From the NCBI GenBank assembly GCA_964016885.1, contig OZ024750.1:40052001-40116000 (forward strand): a stretch of DNA of 64,000 nt, given 5' to 3'. The notes below the pieces were generated by a model. That model was not told the DNA's origin. It ran no database searches and saw nothing but the letters and a program-made list of their open reading frames with translations. Made by a program: the position numbers and the translations under genes. The stretch comes from Eledone cirrhosa. Taxonomy: Eukaryota. Position 1 is the stretch's first letter, and every line of letters starts with the position of its first letter. Shown here one piece after another: positions 26,701-39,499 of the stretch.

Positions 26701-29700
26701 ATTGTATGGGTCTCACATGGGCAACCTATGATCATTGTATTGGTCTGAAATGGGCAACCTATGATCATTGTATTGGTCTGACATGGGCAACCTATGATCA
26801 TTGTATGGGTCTCACATGGGCAACCTATGATCATTGTATGGGTCTCACATGGGCAACCTATGATCATTGTATGGGTCTCACATGGGCAACTTATGATCAG
26901 TGTATGGGTCTGACATGGGTAACCTATGATCATTGTATGGGTCTGGCATGGGCAACCTATGATCATTGTATGGGTCTGACATGGGTAACCTATGATCATT
27001 GTATGGGTTTGGCATGGACAACCTATGATCAGTGTATGGGTCTGACATGGGCAACCTATGATCATTGTATGGGTCTGACATGGGTAACCTGTGATCATTG
27101 TATGGGTTTGGCATGGACAACCTATGATCAGTGTATGGGTCTGACATGGACAACTTATGATCATTGTATGGGTCTCACATGGGCAGCCTATGATCATGGT
27201 ATGGGTCTGACATGGACAACTTATGATCATTGTATGGGTCTGACATGGACAACCTATGATCATTGTATGGGTCTGACATGGGCAAACTATGATCAGTGTA
27301 TGGGTCTGACATGGGCAACCTATGTACAGTGTATGGGTCTGACATGGGCAACCTATGATCATTGTATGGGTCTGACATGGGTAACCTATGATCATTGTAT
27401 GGGTTTGGCATGGACAACCTATGATCAGTGTATGGGTCTGACATGGACAACTTATGATCATTGTATGGGTCTGACATGGGCAACCTATGATCAGTGTATG
27501 GGTCTGACATGGGTAAACTATGATCATTGTATGGGTCTGACATGGACAACTTATGATCAGTGTATGGGTCTGACATGGGCGACCTATGATCATTGTATGG
27601 GTCTCACATGGGCAACCTATGATCATTGTATGGGTCTCACATGGGCAACTTATGATCAGTGTATGGGTCTGACATGGGCAACCTATGATCATTGTATGTG
27701 TCTCACATGGGCGACCTATGATCATTGTATGGGTCTGACATGGGCAACCTATGATCAGTGTATGGGTCTGACATGGGCAACCTATGATCATTGTATGGGT
27801 CTCACATGGGCAACCTATGATCATTGTATGGGTCTGACATGGGCAACCTATGATCATTGTATGGGTCTCACATGGGCAACCTATGATCATTGTATTGGTC
27901 TGACATGGGCAACCTATGATCATTGTATGGGTCTCACATGGGCAACCTATGATCATTGTATGGGTCTGACATGGGCGACCTATGATCATTGTATGGGTCT
28001 GACATGGGCAACTTATGACCATTGTATGGGTCTGACATGGGCAACCTATGATCATTGTATGGGTCTCGCATGGACAACCTATCATCATTGTATGGGTCTG
28101 ACATGGGCAACCTATGATCATTGTATGGGTCTCACATGGGCGACCTATGATCATTGTATGGGTCTCACATGGACAACTTATGATCAGTGTATGGGTCTGA
28201 CATGGGCAACCTATGATCATTGTATGGGTCTCACATGGGCAACCTATGATCAGTGTATGGGTCTGACATGGGCAACCTTTGATCATTGTATGGGTCTGAC
28301 ATGGGCAACTTATGATCATTGTATGGGTCTCACATGGACAACCTATGATCATTGTATGGGTCTCACATGGGCAACCTATGATCAGTGTATGGGTCTGACA
28401 TGGGCAACCTATGATCATTGTATGGGTCTCACATGGGCAACCTACAATCATTGTATGGGTCTCACATGGACAACCTATGATCATTGTATGGGTCTCACAT
28501 GGGCGACCTATGATCATTGTATGGGTCTCACATGGGCAACCTTTGATCATTGTATGGGTCTCACATGGGCAACCTATGATCATTGTATGGGTCTCACATG
28601 GGCAACCTATGATCATTGTATGGGTCTCACATGGGCAACCTATGATCATTGTATGGGTCTGACATGGGCAACCTATGATCATTGTATGGGTCTGACATGG
28701 GCAACTTATGATCAGTGTATGGGTCTCACATGGGTAACCTATGATCATGGTATGGGTCTCACATGGGCAACCTATGATCAGTGTATGGGTCTGACATGGG
28801 CAACCTATGTACAGTGTATGGGTCTGACATGGGCAACCTATGATCATTGTATGGGTCTGACATGGGTAACCTATGATCATTGTATGGGTCTGGCATGGAC
28901 AACCTATGATCAGTGTATGGGTCTGACATGGAAAACTTATGATCATTGTATGGGTCTGACATGGGCAACTTATGATCAGTGTATGGGTCTGACATGGGTA
29001 ACCTATGATCATTGTATGGGTCTGGCATGGACAACCTATGATCATTGTATGGGTCTGACATGGGCAACCTATGATCATTGTATGGGTCTCACATGGGCGA
29101 CCTATGATCATTGTATGGGTCTCACATGGGCAACTTATGATCAGTGTATGGGTCTCACATGGGCAACCTATGATCATTGTATGGGTCTCACATGGACAAC
29201 CTATGATCATAGTATGGGTCTCACATGGGCAACCTATGATCAGTGTATCGGTCTGACATAGGCAAACTTTGATCATTGTATGGGTCTGACATGGGCAACT
29301 TATGATCATTGTATGGGTCTCACATGGACAACCTATGATCATTGTATGGGTCTCACATGGGCAACCTATGATCAGTGTATGGGTCTGACATGGGCAACCT
29401 ATGATCATTGTATGGGTCTCACATGGTCAACCTATGATCAGTGTATGGGTCTGACATGGGCAACCTATGACCATTGTATGGGTCTGACATGGGCAACCTA
29501 CAATCATTGTATGGGTCTCACATGGACAACCTATGATCATTGTATGGGTCTCACATGGGCAACCTATGATCATTGTATGGGTCTGACATGGGCAACCTAT
29601 GATCATGGTATGGGTCTGACATGGGCAACCTATGATCATCGTATGGGTCTGACATGGGCAACTTATGATCAGTGTATGGGTCTGACATGGGCAACCTTTG

Positions 29701-32335
29701 ATCATTGTATGGGTCTCACATGGGCAACCTATGATCATTGTATGGGTCTCACATGGGCAACCTATGATCATTGTATGGGTCTGACATGGACAACCTTCGA
29801 TCATTGTATGGGTCTCACATGGGCAACCTATGATCATTGTATGGGTCTCACATGGGCAACCTATGATCATTGTATGGGTCTAATATGGGCAACCTATGAT
29901 CATTGTATTGGTCTGACATGGGCAACCTATGATCATTGTATTGGTCTGACATGGGCAACCTTTGATCATTGTATGGGTCTGACATGGGCAACCTATGATC
30001 ATTTAATGGGTCTCACATGGGTAACCTATGATCCTGGTATGGGTCTCATATAGGCAACCTATGATCATTGTATTACTCTCACATGGGCAACCTATGATCA
30101 TTGTATGGGTCTCACATGGGCAACCTATGATCAGTGTATGGGTCTCACATGGGTAACCTATGATCATGGTATGGGTCTCACATGGGCAACCTATGATCAT
30201 TGTATTGGTCTGACATGGGCAACCTATGATCATTGTATGGGTCTGACATGGACAACTTATGATCATTGTATGGGTCTCACATGGGCAACCTATGATCATT
30301 GTATTGGTCTGACATGGGCAACCTATGATCATTGTATGGGTCTCACATGGGCAACCTATGATCATTGTATGGGTCTGACATGGGCGACCTATGATCATTG
30401 TATGGGTCTGACATGGGCAACTTATGACCATTGTATGGGTCTCACATGGGCAACCTATGATCATTGTATGGGTCTGACATGGGCAACCTATGATCATTGT
30501 ATGGGTCTGACATGGGCAACCTATGATCATTGTATGGGTCTGACATGGGCAACCTATGATCATTGTATGGGTCTAATATGGGCAACCTATGATCATTGTA
30601 TTGCTCTGATTTGGGCAACCTTTGATCATTGTATGGGTGACACATGGACAACCTATGATCATTGTATGGGTCTCACATGGGCAACCTATGATCATTGTAT
30701 GGGTCTCACATGGGTAACCTATGATCATTGTATGGGTCTGACATGGGCAACCTATGATCATGGTATGGGTCTCACATGGGCAACCTATGATCATTGTATT
30801 GGTCTGACATGGGCAACCTATGATCATTGTATGGGTCTCACATGGGCAACCTATGATCATTGTATTGGTCTGAAATGGGCAACCTATGATCATTGTATTG
30901 GTCTGACATGGGCAACCTATGATCATTGTATGGGTCTCACATGGGCAACCTATGATCATTGTATGGGTCTCACATGGGCAACCTATGATCATTGTATGGG
31001 TCTCACATGGGTAACCTATGATCATTTTATGGGTCTGACATGGGCAACCTATGATCATGGTATGGGTCTCACATGGGCAACCTATGATCATTGTATTGGT
31101 CTGACATGGGCAACCTATGATCATTGTATGGGTCTCACATGGGCAACCTATGATCATTGTATTGGTCTGAAATGGGCAACCTATGATCATGGTATTGGTC
31201 TGAATGGGCAACCTATGATCATTGTATGGGTCTCACATGGGCAACCTATGATCATTGTATGGGTCTCACATGGGCAACCTATGATCATTGTATGGGTCTG
31301 ACATGGGCAACCTATGATCATTGTATTGGTCTGACATGGGCAACCTATGATCATTGTATTGGTCTGACATGGGCAACCTATGATCATTGTATGGGTCTCA
31401 CATGGGCAACCTATGATCATTGTATGGGTCTCACATGGGCAACCTATGATCATTGTATGGGTCTGACATGGGCAACCTATGATCATTGTATTGGTCTGAC
31501 ATGGGCAACCTATGATCATTGTATTGGTCTGACATGGGCAACCTATGATCATTGTATGGGTCTCACATGGGCAACCTATGATCATTGTATGGGTCTCACA
31601 TGGGCAACCTATGAATATTGTATGGGTCTGACATGGGCAACCTATGATCATTGTATGGGTCTCACATGGGCAACCTATGATCATGGTATGGGTCTCACAT
31701 GGGCAACCTATGATCATTGTATTGGTCTGACATGGGCAACCTATGATCATTGTATGGGTCTGACATGGGCAACCTATGATCATTGTATGGGTCTCACATG
31801 GGCAACCTATGATCATTGTATGGGTCTCACATGGGCAACCTATGATCATTGTATGGGTCTGACATGGGCAACCTATGATCATTGTATTGGTCTGACATGG
31901 GCAACCTATGATCATTGTATTGGTCTGACATGGGCAACCTATGATCATTGTATGGGTCTCACATGGGCAACCTATGATCATTGTATGGGTCTCACATGGG
32001 CAACCTATGAATATTGTATGGGTCTGACATGGGCAACCTATGATCATTGTATGGGTCTCACATGGGCAACCTATGATCATGGTATGGGTCTCACATGGGC
32101 AACCTATGATCATTGTATTGGTCTGACATGGGCAACCTATGATCATTGTATGGGTCTGACATGGGCAACCTATGATCATTGTATGGGTCTCACATGGGCA
32201 ACCTATGATCATTGTATGGGTCTCACATGGGCAACCTATGATCATTGTATGGGTCTGACATGGGCAACCTATGATCATTGTATTGGTCCGACATGGGCAA
32301 CCTATGATCATTGTATGGGTCTCACATGTGCAACA
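20722..32335. repeat. 33-bp satellite array (~11.6 kb, ~350 units) with a 4125-bp higher-order duplication
   Basis: Unit tgatcattgtatgggtct(g/c)acatgggcaaccta. Diagnostic variants recur at +4125 (ORF track 22753/26878, 25155/29280). Confidence 0.97.
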
Positions 32336-32480
32336 CTTTTCGAGCAGTGAGCCGCATAGGACGTTGTTCATCATACGGCGGGCCGCACTATGAAAAAATT
32401 CAAGGCAATTTTGAAATTAGGCGAGCCATTCCGAGAGCTTAACGGGCCGCATGCGGCTCGCGGGCCTCAGTTTGCTGGTT
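32325..32480. mobile_element. Degenerate hAT (Charlie-like) MITE
   Basis: Subterminal gagccgcat, gcgggccgca and gggccgcatgcggctcgcgggcctcagtttgc motifs typical of hAT MITE ends. Confidence 0.55.
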
Positions 32481-32729
32481 TAGAGTAGGCAATAACAACA
32501 CGTTGATGATACTGGTAATAGTGGTGGTGGTGAAGGTGATAATCTATATACTTTTGTAGTCTTGTCCGCGCGGGGGGCAGCCCTATTACCACCGCGCCCT
32601 AGACACAGAGTCCAATCACCCCACTCCCATCCTCCCCCTATCCTTCTGTCACACTAGAGTACTTGCCATTCCTTCTTTTTTCCCTTTGTGTGTTTTTTTC
32701 TTTATATTTTCCTATTTTACATTCCATTC

Positions 32730-32734
32730 TTTCT

Positions 32735-32781
<47 letters not shown>

Positions 32782-33543
32782 TCCTTCTCTTCCTCCTTCT
32801 CCTCCTCTTCATTCTTCTTCTTCTTCTTCTTCTTCTCCCCCCTTCACCGCCCCTTCTTCTTATTCTTCTTCTGCTTCTTTTTCTTCTTCTTCTTCTTCTT
32901 CTTCTTCTTCTTCTTCTTCTTCTTCTTCTTCTTCTTCTTCTCCTTCTTCTTCTATAAACCTGTATTTATGATATATTCCATAAATAATGTTTTAATAATA
33001 AGTCCTGTGTCTATCCGTTCATCCGTCACGCTCTCTATATTGAGGGGCGGGGGGGCTATACTACGTCATCTCTCACTCCTCCCCCCTCTCTAACTAACAC
33101 CTAATGTCTCAACGAACGAAAATATGGAGGTGTTTCTTTTTTGGAAGCGGGAGTGTGTGTGTGTTTCTGTGTGTATGTATGTATGTATGTATGTGTGTGT
33201 GTTTGTGTGTGTGTGTTTCTGTGCGTGTCTGAGTGTTTCTGTGTGTGCGTGTGTGTGTTTCTGTGTATGTGTGTGTGTATGTGTGTTTCTCTGTGTGTGT
33301 GTGTGATTCTATATGTGTGTGTTTCTGTGTGTGTGTGTGCTTCTGTGTGTGCGTGTTTCTGTGTGTATGTGTTTCTGTGTGTGTTTGTTCCTGTGTGTGT
33401 GTGTTTCTGTGTATGTGTTCCTCTGTGTGTGTGTGTGTGTGTGCGTGTGTGTGTGTGTTTTCCTGTGTGTGTATGTGTATGTGTGTGTGTGTTCCTGTGT
33501 GTGCGTGTGTATGTTCCTGTGTTTGTGTTCCTGTGTGTGTGTT

Positions 33544-33580
<37 letters not shown>

Positions 33581-33699
33581 CTGTGTGTGTGTGTGTGTTT
33601 GTTCCTGTGTGTCTATGTGTGTCTTTCTGTGTGTGTGTTCCTGTCTGTGTGTGTGTGTGTTCCTGTGTGTGTATGTGTGTCTTTCTGTGTGTGTGTTCC

Positions 33700-33732
<33 letters not shown>

Positions 33733-33780
33733 TCCTGTGTGTGTATGTGTGTCTTTCTGTGTGTGTGTTCCTGTGTGTCC
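32730..33780. repeat. (TTC)n and compound (TG)n microsatellites
   Basis: Direct inspection. Confidence 0.9.
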
Positions 33781-33939
33781 TAAGGAAAATCTGGGTTACT
33801 ACTAGTATTTGATAAAACTTAATATAAACTTTAATATAACAAATACAGAAATATATATTCTCAGATCTCGAATAATCCCCCACCCCCATCCCCACTTATT
33901 GATTTTCCAGCCCCCCCCCCCCTAAACTAAAAGATAGTT

Positions 33940-34686
33940 CGCTCAATTCTGCTGTTAAGAAGGGTTTTACTAAAATTAAGAATTTGGAAGAGCTCCATAT
34001 TACAGAGCCTACAATGGGACATACCAGTTTAATAGGCCTTAACAGTTGACTGTATTTTCCAGCTGATCTCGTATTTAATGCCTGCATTCTTGAGTTGCCA
34101 TATTTTGTTGGCAAGAGTTGTTGTATTTGATTGATTCTTATTAATCATAGAATGTCTGTGCACGTACCACCGTTTTTTTTAAAACACCAGCTGTGCAACC
34201 TATCTTTTGCCGGGATAAATCAGCAACGAAGTTCCTGAACTTTAGACCAACTTAACTCCATTTTCTACTCCTTATTCCTTTTTATACTTTTAGCATCTAT
34301 TACGATATCAAATTATCACAAACTTCATAATTACGTAAGAATAACCTAAGAACATTTGTATTTACATCATTATTTTTATTTTATTTGTATTTACATCATT
34401 TATTATCTTATATATATATACACCTTTCACCATTTGTCTTTGTATTTCTCCACTTAAACATATTTTATCTCGATCATTTTATCCTATAATATAATACATC
34501 TCAAACTAGCTATTTTACATAGTAATGTATATTCGTCCGTATGTTTCTTTTCTTTTCTCTCTCCTTCATATCCCCATATTCATGATTAATTTCTATCCCC
34601 CTCTTCTTCCCCATCACTCTTAATCTTCCTCTATTTCTTTCTCATCTTCCTTACTTATCCTTCCTCTTTGCCTATGCTATATCCCC

Positions 34687-34732
<46 letters not shown>

Positions 34733-35290
34733 ATATATATCTTTATTATTATTATTATATTTATTTTGATGTGATAGTTTGATTTCGTAACTTTTGCCGG
34801 TTATACATTTAACTATATCTTCGTTCCTTCTTTCGTCATTTTCTTTTTTTCTCTCTCATTTCCATCTGTCCCCCTTCCTTTATATATTTATCATTAATAC
34901 TATTATTGATGTAGTAATTTGAATTTTTAAGTTTACCGTTACGCATATATTTTATATTTCTTAATAGTTTCTGATGAAATGATTGAAGTTATATGTATTG
35001 TAAATTGAATTATACTGTCTCCAGTATTTAGCAATTTATAGACAACTCTATCATGGAAACAATTGTAAGACTGTAAATAAATATCCTTGTTTGTACTGTC
35101 GACCATGTTATTCTTCACTTTTTTATTACTCCAAGATATATTTACATAGGAATACTAGCGAAGTCATAAAATCGTCACCAACGTAAACCTCTTGTTGAGT
35201 CACACAGTACCGTACCCTTAAACTGTCCATGATAAGTAGTTTTCACAGACTCTTATCGGATTACCTTTAACGATTTATTGTTATCCTACA
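33940..35290 (+). mobile_element. Degenerate PLE 3' portion (possible GIY-YIG remnant + pLTR)
   Basis: Weak NHRMSVH remnant near ~34143, AT-rich UTR, hammerhead at 34964-35074, ttgttgagtc tail motif before the microsatellite. Confidence 0.4.
34964..35074 (+). ncRNA. Type I hammerhead ribozyme with long stem II
   Basis: atagttt-CTGATGA-[~78-nt hairpin atgat...atcat]-GAAA-caattg (palindromic stem III)-TA-agactgt. Confidence 0.7.
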
Positions 35291-35301
35291 CCCCCCCCCC
35301 T

Positions 35302-35356
<55 letters not shown>

Positions 35357-35361
<5 letters not shown>

Positions 35362-35455
35362 GTATTAACTTTTCGCCCCGTTGAGTGGTTTGTGATTGAC
35401 TCAAACAACTCGATTGATAACTGCTATATTGCGACTACAACTTCGATTCATACCC

Positions 35456-35501
<46 letters not shown>

Positions 35502-35600
35502 GGGTATGAATCGAAGTTGTAGTCGCAATATAGCAGTTATCAATCGAGTTGTTTGAGTCAATCACAAAGCACTCAACGAGGCGAAAAGTTAATACATTAT
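35357..35600. repeat. Near-perfect palindrome centred on (TA)n (tail-to-tail PLE-like 3' ends)
   Basis: ~105-bp arms differ at about 2 positions. The arms carry ttgagtg(c/g)t and end ...cccaatat-(TA)n. Confidence 0.8.
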
Positions 35601-35879
35601 CGTCTAGAGTAAACACAAAAGTTAGTAAAGTATGACATCAAGAAAAACGACCAAAGGCAATGGACATTCTTATACCACAACTATAAATACAAATTGGTTG
35701 AAGACTAGCCTGGACCATCTCGAGTTCGTTAGAATTGATAGAAGTCGATAAAAATTGATAGAAGTTGATAAAAATTGATAGAAGTCGATAGGTTTCTGGG
35801 ACCCCTAGAAGCTACACGACAAGTTGCATAATGCAACGTAAACAAAACACTGTAACCACACAAAGCCACACGCCTTCCT

Positions 35880-36160
35880 CTGTGTATCCATTGACATAGT
35901 CCGAATCGATAAGATCGCAGACCTCATTCGATTACCGAGTTAGGTGAAACTCGTCAAATCCGACCAAAGAAACAATGTTTCCATTGATCTTTCCAATTGC
36001 TAATACTACTACCTACCGGCCGGAATTCCTAGCAAAAGAGGCAACGTAAAATAAAGTGTCTTGTTCCAGGACATATTGCAACACCCAGCCTCGGCAATCG
36101 AACTCACAACCTCAGAATTGCGAATCCAACTCTTTAACGATTAAACCACACGCCTTCCAT
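35880..36160 (-). mobile_element. tRNA-SINE (same family as 9300-9665)
   Basis: Reverse complement ggaaggcgtgtggtttaatcgtt...gtgagttcgattg...tgtcctggaacaagacacttt. Confidence 0.65.
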
Positions 36161-36371
36161 TGACATAATGGTGATCATACTTGAAGAAAACTTGAAGAAA
36201 ACACATTTTTCCTCGCTGGCCTTTGAGTTCTTCGGTTGAACCCAGCAAGAGCCTATAAGTACTTTGTACTTCATTTTAAGCACTTTAGTCGAGTAGTTCT
36301 TCAGCATCAAATATACATGGTAAACTGCAGTTATACATATCACAGGCGCAACCTCTCCGCGGTTTCGTTAA

Positions 36372-36410
<39 letters not shown>

Positions 36411-36640
36411 TGTGTGTGTATGTACTTATATGTGAGTGTAAGCGAACGTATAGGAATAAAAACATTGAATTTAATTGTTCTGTGAATAAGCAAAACCACA
36501 TCTTAATAATATGCATTAGACATACAATAAGTTATACATTCTAGTGATTAAAGATGAATAGGCCCTTGTCTATGTGTGTATGTATGTGTGTATCTATGTA
36601 TGTATCTATGTGTATCTATGTATGTATCTATGAATGCATC

Positions 36641-36671
<31 letters not shown>

Positions 36672-37140
36672 CCTTATCTATGTATGTATCTATGTGTGTA
36701 TATATATATTTATATAGGTTAACGCAAATCAATATATTTGATAAACACAAATATCCTCATATTTATGTTTGTATTGTAAATGACCAAGTTAGCTAGAAAG
36801 AAATATACTAATAATAATATTACAGTTTGCCTATCATGACTTAAGATAATACATCATAAATTAACAAAAACAAATTGTACTGGCAATGGCCGTAGTGCTT
36901 GGACAAATTTAAATTTCAAAATCAAACCTGTTCCGTAGACAGGTTTAAACCTTAAAATCCAAATATGTTTCGAATAATGAAAAAGTGAAAGAAAATACCG
37001 CATTTTGATCTCCTCAGCAAGCACTATAAAAATTGGTATGTTCCACTTCAAAGTATTTAGGAAATACTCAGAAATACTCTTTCTTTCTTCGAGCTATTTC
37101 ATTGTAAATGATCGCCTGAGATTTGAACTCATTATTATTG

Positions 37141-37218
<78 letters not shown>

Positions 37219-37381
37219 TACATACATAGATACACATAGATACATACATAGATACACACATACATACACACATAGACATAGCAATGTCAAGAGACCTGTT
37301 TTTTCTCTGAAAAAAAATTTGTTTCGTGTCTGCCACTGCCCGTCTCCTCAACCTTTCTATTTCTTCTGTAATTTATCATTC

Positions 37382-37422
37382 TATTTTCTGATGAAGGACT
37401 AGCGTCCGAAATGTTAAGACTA
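37382..37422 (+). ncRNA. Degenerate minimal hammerhead ribozyme in a short (TA)-associated element
   Basis: tatttt-CTGATGA-a-ggac tagc gtcc-GAAA-tgt-TA-agacta. One stem I mismatch. Confidence 0.5.
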
Positions 37423-37495
37423 TCTTCCTACTATATCAAGCGTAAAACTGATAAATTTCTTATTTGTACTTTGTCGTTTGCTTGCCATTTGCATG

Positions 37496-37538
<43 letters not shown>

Positions 37539-37714
37539 ATACATGTGTGTGTGTGTGCACGGGCCCCTAACATTTGATTGACTTGTAGATTCGCCGAAGT
37601 GACATGACAGAGAGAGAGAGAGGGGTGAGAGAGAGAGAGAGAGAGGGGTGAGAGAGAGACAGACAGACAGACAGAGAGAGGGAAGAGTGGGAGTGAACAA
37701 AGTATGGAAGGGGG

Positions 37715-37888
37715 GGGGGCTGAATCGGCCACAGTGCTGGACTGGTATTTTTTTTCTTTCATCAACGGCGAAAGGATGAGAAACAAAGTTGACCTCGGCG
37801 GGTTTTGAACCCCTAGTGTAGAAAGCCGGAACAAATAGCAGAAAGGATTCTTCTATCCGACTTTCTAACGACTCCACCAACTCGCCAA
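37715..37888 (-). mobile_element. Meta-domain tRNA-SINE
   Basis: ctggtatt...aaggatgagaaacaaagttgacctcggcgggttttgaac. Confidence 0.6.
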
Positions 37889-38029
37889 TGTTGTATATAC
37901 TACAGGAGTAGGTATGGCTGTGTAATTACAGCTTCCATCTCATTGTGTGGCTCAGTTGGTGTCTTCCACTATAGCATAGGGTCGACTAATTTACCAGTTG
38001 TCGTCGTCGTCGTCTTCTTCTTCTTCTTC

Positions 38030-38116
<87 letters not shown>

Positions 38117-38129
38117 TTATTCTTCTTCT

Positions 38130-38325
38130 TCTTCTTGAGAGGGTCGGAGGGGGGTGGGGGGGAGAATGCTCAAACACTCCTTCCAGCGAGTCCTGTCAGA
38201 AGCACCCGTCTCCAACTGATCCGGCTGGATCCGCCCAAACGAGACCAGCCAAGCTCATGGATGTTATCCAACCATCTTGCTCGGGGTCTACCCCTGGGTC
38301 TCCTGCCGTTTGGTCTTGCCCGGAA
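38130..38325 (-). mobile_element. RTE LINE 3' end with (AAT)n/(AAG)n tail
   Basis: ARPNGRRPRGRPRARWLDNIHELGWSRLG. Confidence 0.75.
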
Positions 38326-38524
38326 AAAGTCAACAAAAAAACAAAAACAAAAAAACATTCGCTCAGTTTTGAGAGTAATGAAAAAAGACAACAAAAATCA
38401 AAAACAAAAAAAATTGCTCTGTTGAATAGAAACGGTAGCTGTTGTGTTGATGGGGAATAGATGGCAGCTAAGAAAGTCTGGACAGAGTTTTGTTGAATAT
38501 ATTTAGTGTGAAGTAAAACAGTGC

Positions 38525-38822
38525 AGGAGCCTGGCTTAGTGGTTACAGCGTCGGGCTTGCAGTCGTAAGGTTGTGAGTTCGATTCTCAGACCGGGCTTTG
38601 TGTTGTGTCCTTGAGCAAGATACTTTATTTCACGTTGCTCCAGTTCACTCAGCTGTAGAAATGCGTTGCGACGTCACTGGTGTCAACCTGTATCGGCCAT
38701 TGTCTTTCCCTTGGACAACATCGGTAGCGTGGAGAGGTGAGGCTGGTATCTATGGGAGAATGCTGGTCTTCCACAAACTTGCCCGGACTTGCGCCTCGAA
38801 GGGAAAACTTTCTAGGCGCTAA
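38525..38822 (+). mobile_element. CORE-type tRNA-SINE
   Basis: tggcttagtggtt (A-box), gagttcgattc (B-box), tgtgtccttgagcaagatacttt...ctcagctgtagaaatg (CORE-like). Confidence 0.8.
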
Positions 38823-38827
38823 TACTA

Positions 38828-39080
38828 TAGAGGGATCAGATGTTGTTTACTCGAGAGAAGGCTACGTTGGTATGGTCACGTGATGCGCATGAAAGACGAC
38901 AGCTGTATAACAAAGTGCAGGGCAATAAAAATAGATGGTAGCCACGGAGTAGGCAGACCCAGGAAAACCTGGGACGAGCTGATAAATTCCGACCTCACAC
39001 ACTTACACCTCTCCAAGACAATGTCACTGGACCGAGACCTTTGGCGGTACTCAGTAACAGAGAAGACCCGCCTTACCTAA
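38828..39080 (+). mobile_element. RTE LINE 3' fragment
   Basis: RRLRWYGHVMRMKDDSCITKC...GRPRKTWDELINSDL...DRDLWR. Confidence 0.8.
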
Positions 39081-39279
39081 ATACAAATTAAAACCTACTA
39101 CAGTCAGTAGGCATCTCTAACAAAATACACCCCCATCCCACCACCCCCACCCCATCCACACCGCCCCTTTCAATGTAAAGTTATGTTGGTGCCACAACAT
39201 CCAGGCCGAAACAAACGAGATCGTGAAGGTGTCACGACAAAAAAACACACAGTCCACGCTGTAATGTGACCGTGTAGGC

Positions 39280-39471
39280 AACACGGTAAAAACCTCCCAG
39301 CCCCACACTGTAAATGTGGTTGGTGTTAGGAAGGGCATCCAGCCGTAGAAAACCCGCCAGACAGTCCTATGCGAGCAAGACAACCACTCTTGCCTCAAGT
39401 GGGAAAACCCCCGTCCAAACCCATGCAAGCGTGGAACACGGACGTTAAACGATGATGATGATGATGATGAT
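39280..39471 (+). mobile_element. SINE/RTE-derived 3' fragment with (GAT)n tail
   Basis: ggttggtgttaggaagggcatccagccgtagaaa ... ggacgttaaac(gat)n. Confidence 0.55.
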
Positions 39472-39499
39472 TCGTGACTTAAGGGGGGTCTTTACACTT

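Noticed and set aside
22059-32374. ~1000-aa ORFs on both strands (MGLTWATYDHC / MIIGCPCQTHT repeats) as a Cys/His-rich protein gene
   Set aside because: A 33-bp unit without stops gives open frames automatically. Scattered stops and frameshifts occur, and there is no signal peptide, unique domain or splice context.
36955-37025. Minus-strand CTGAGGA...GAAAC
   Set aside because: No stem I pairing and poor stem II.
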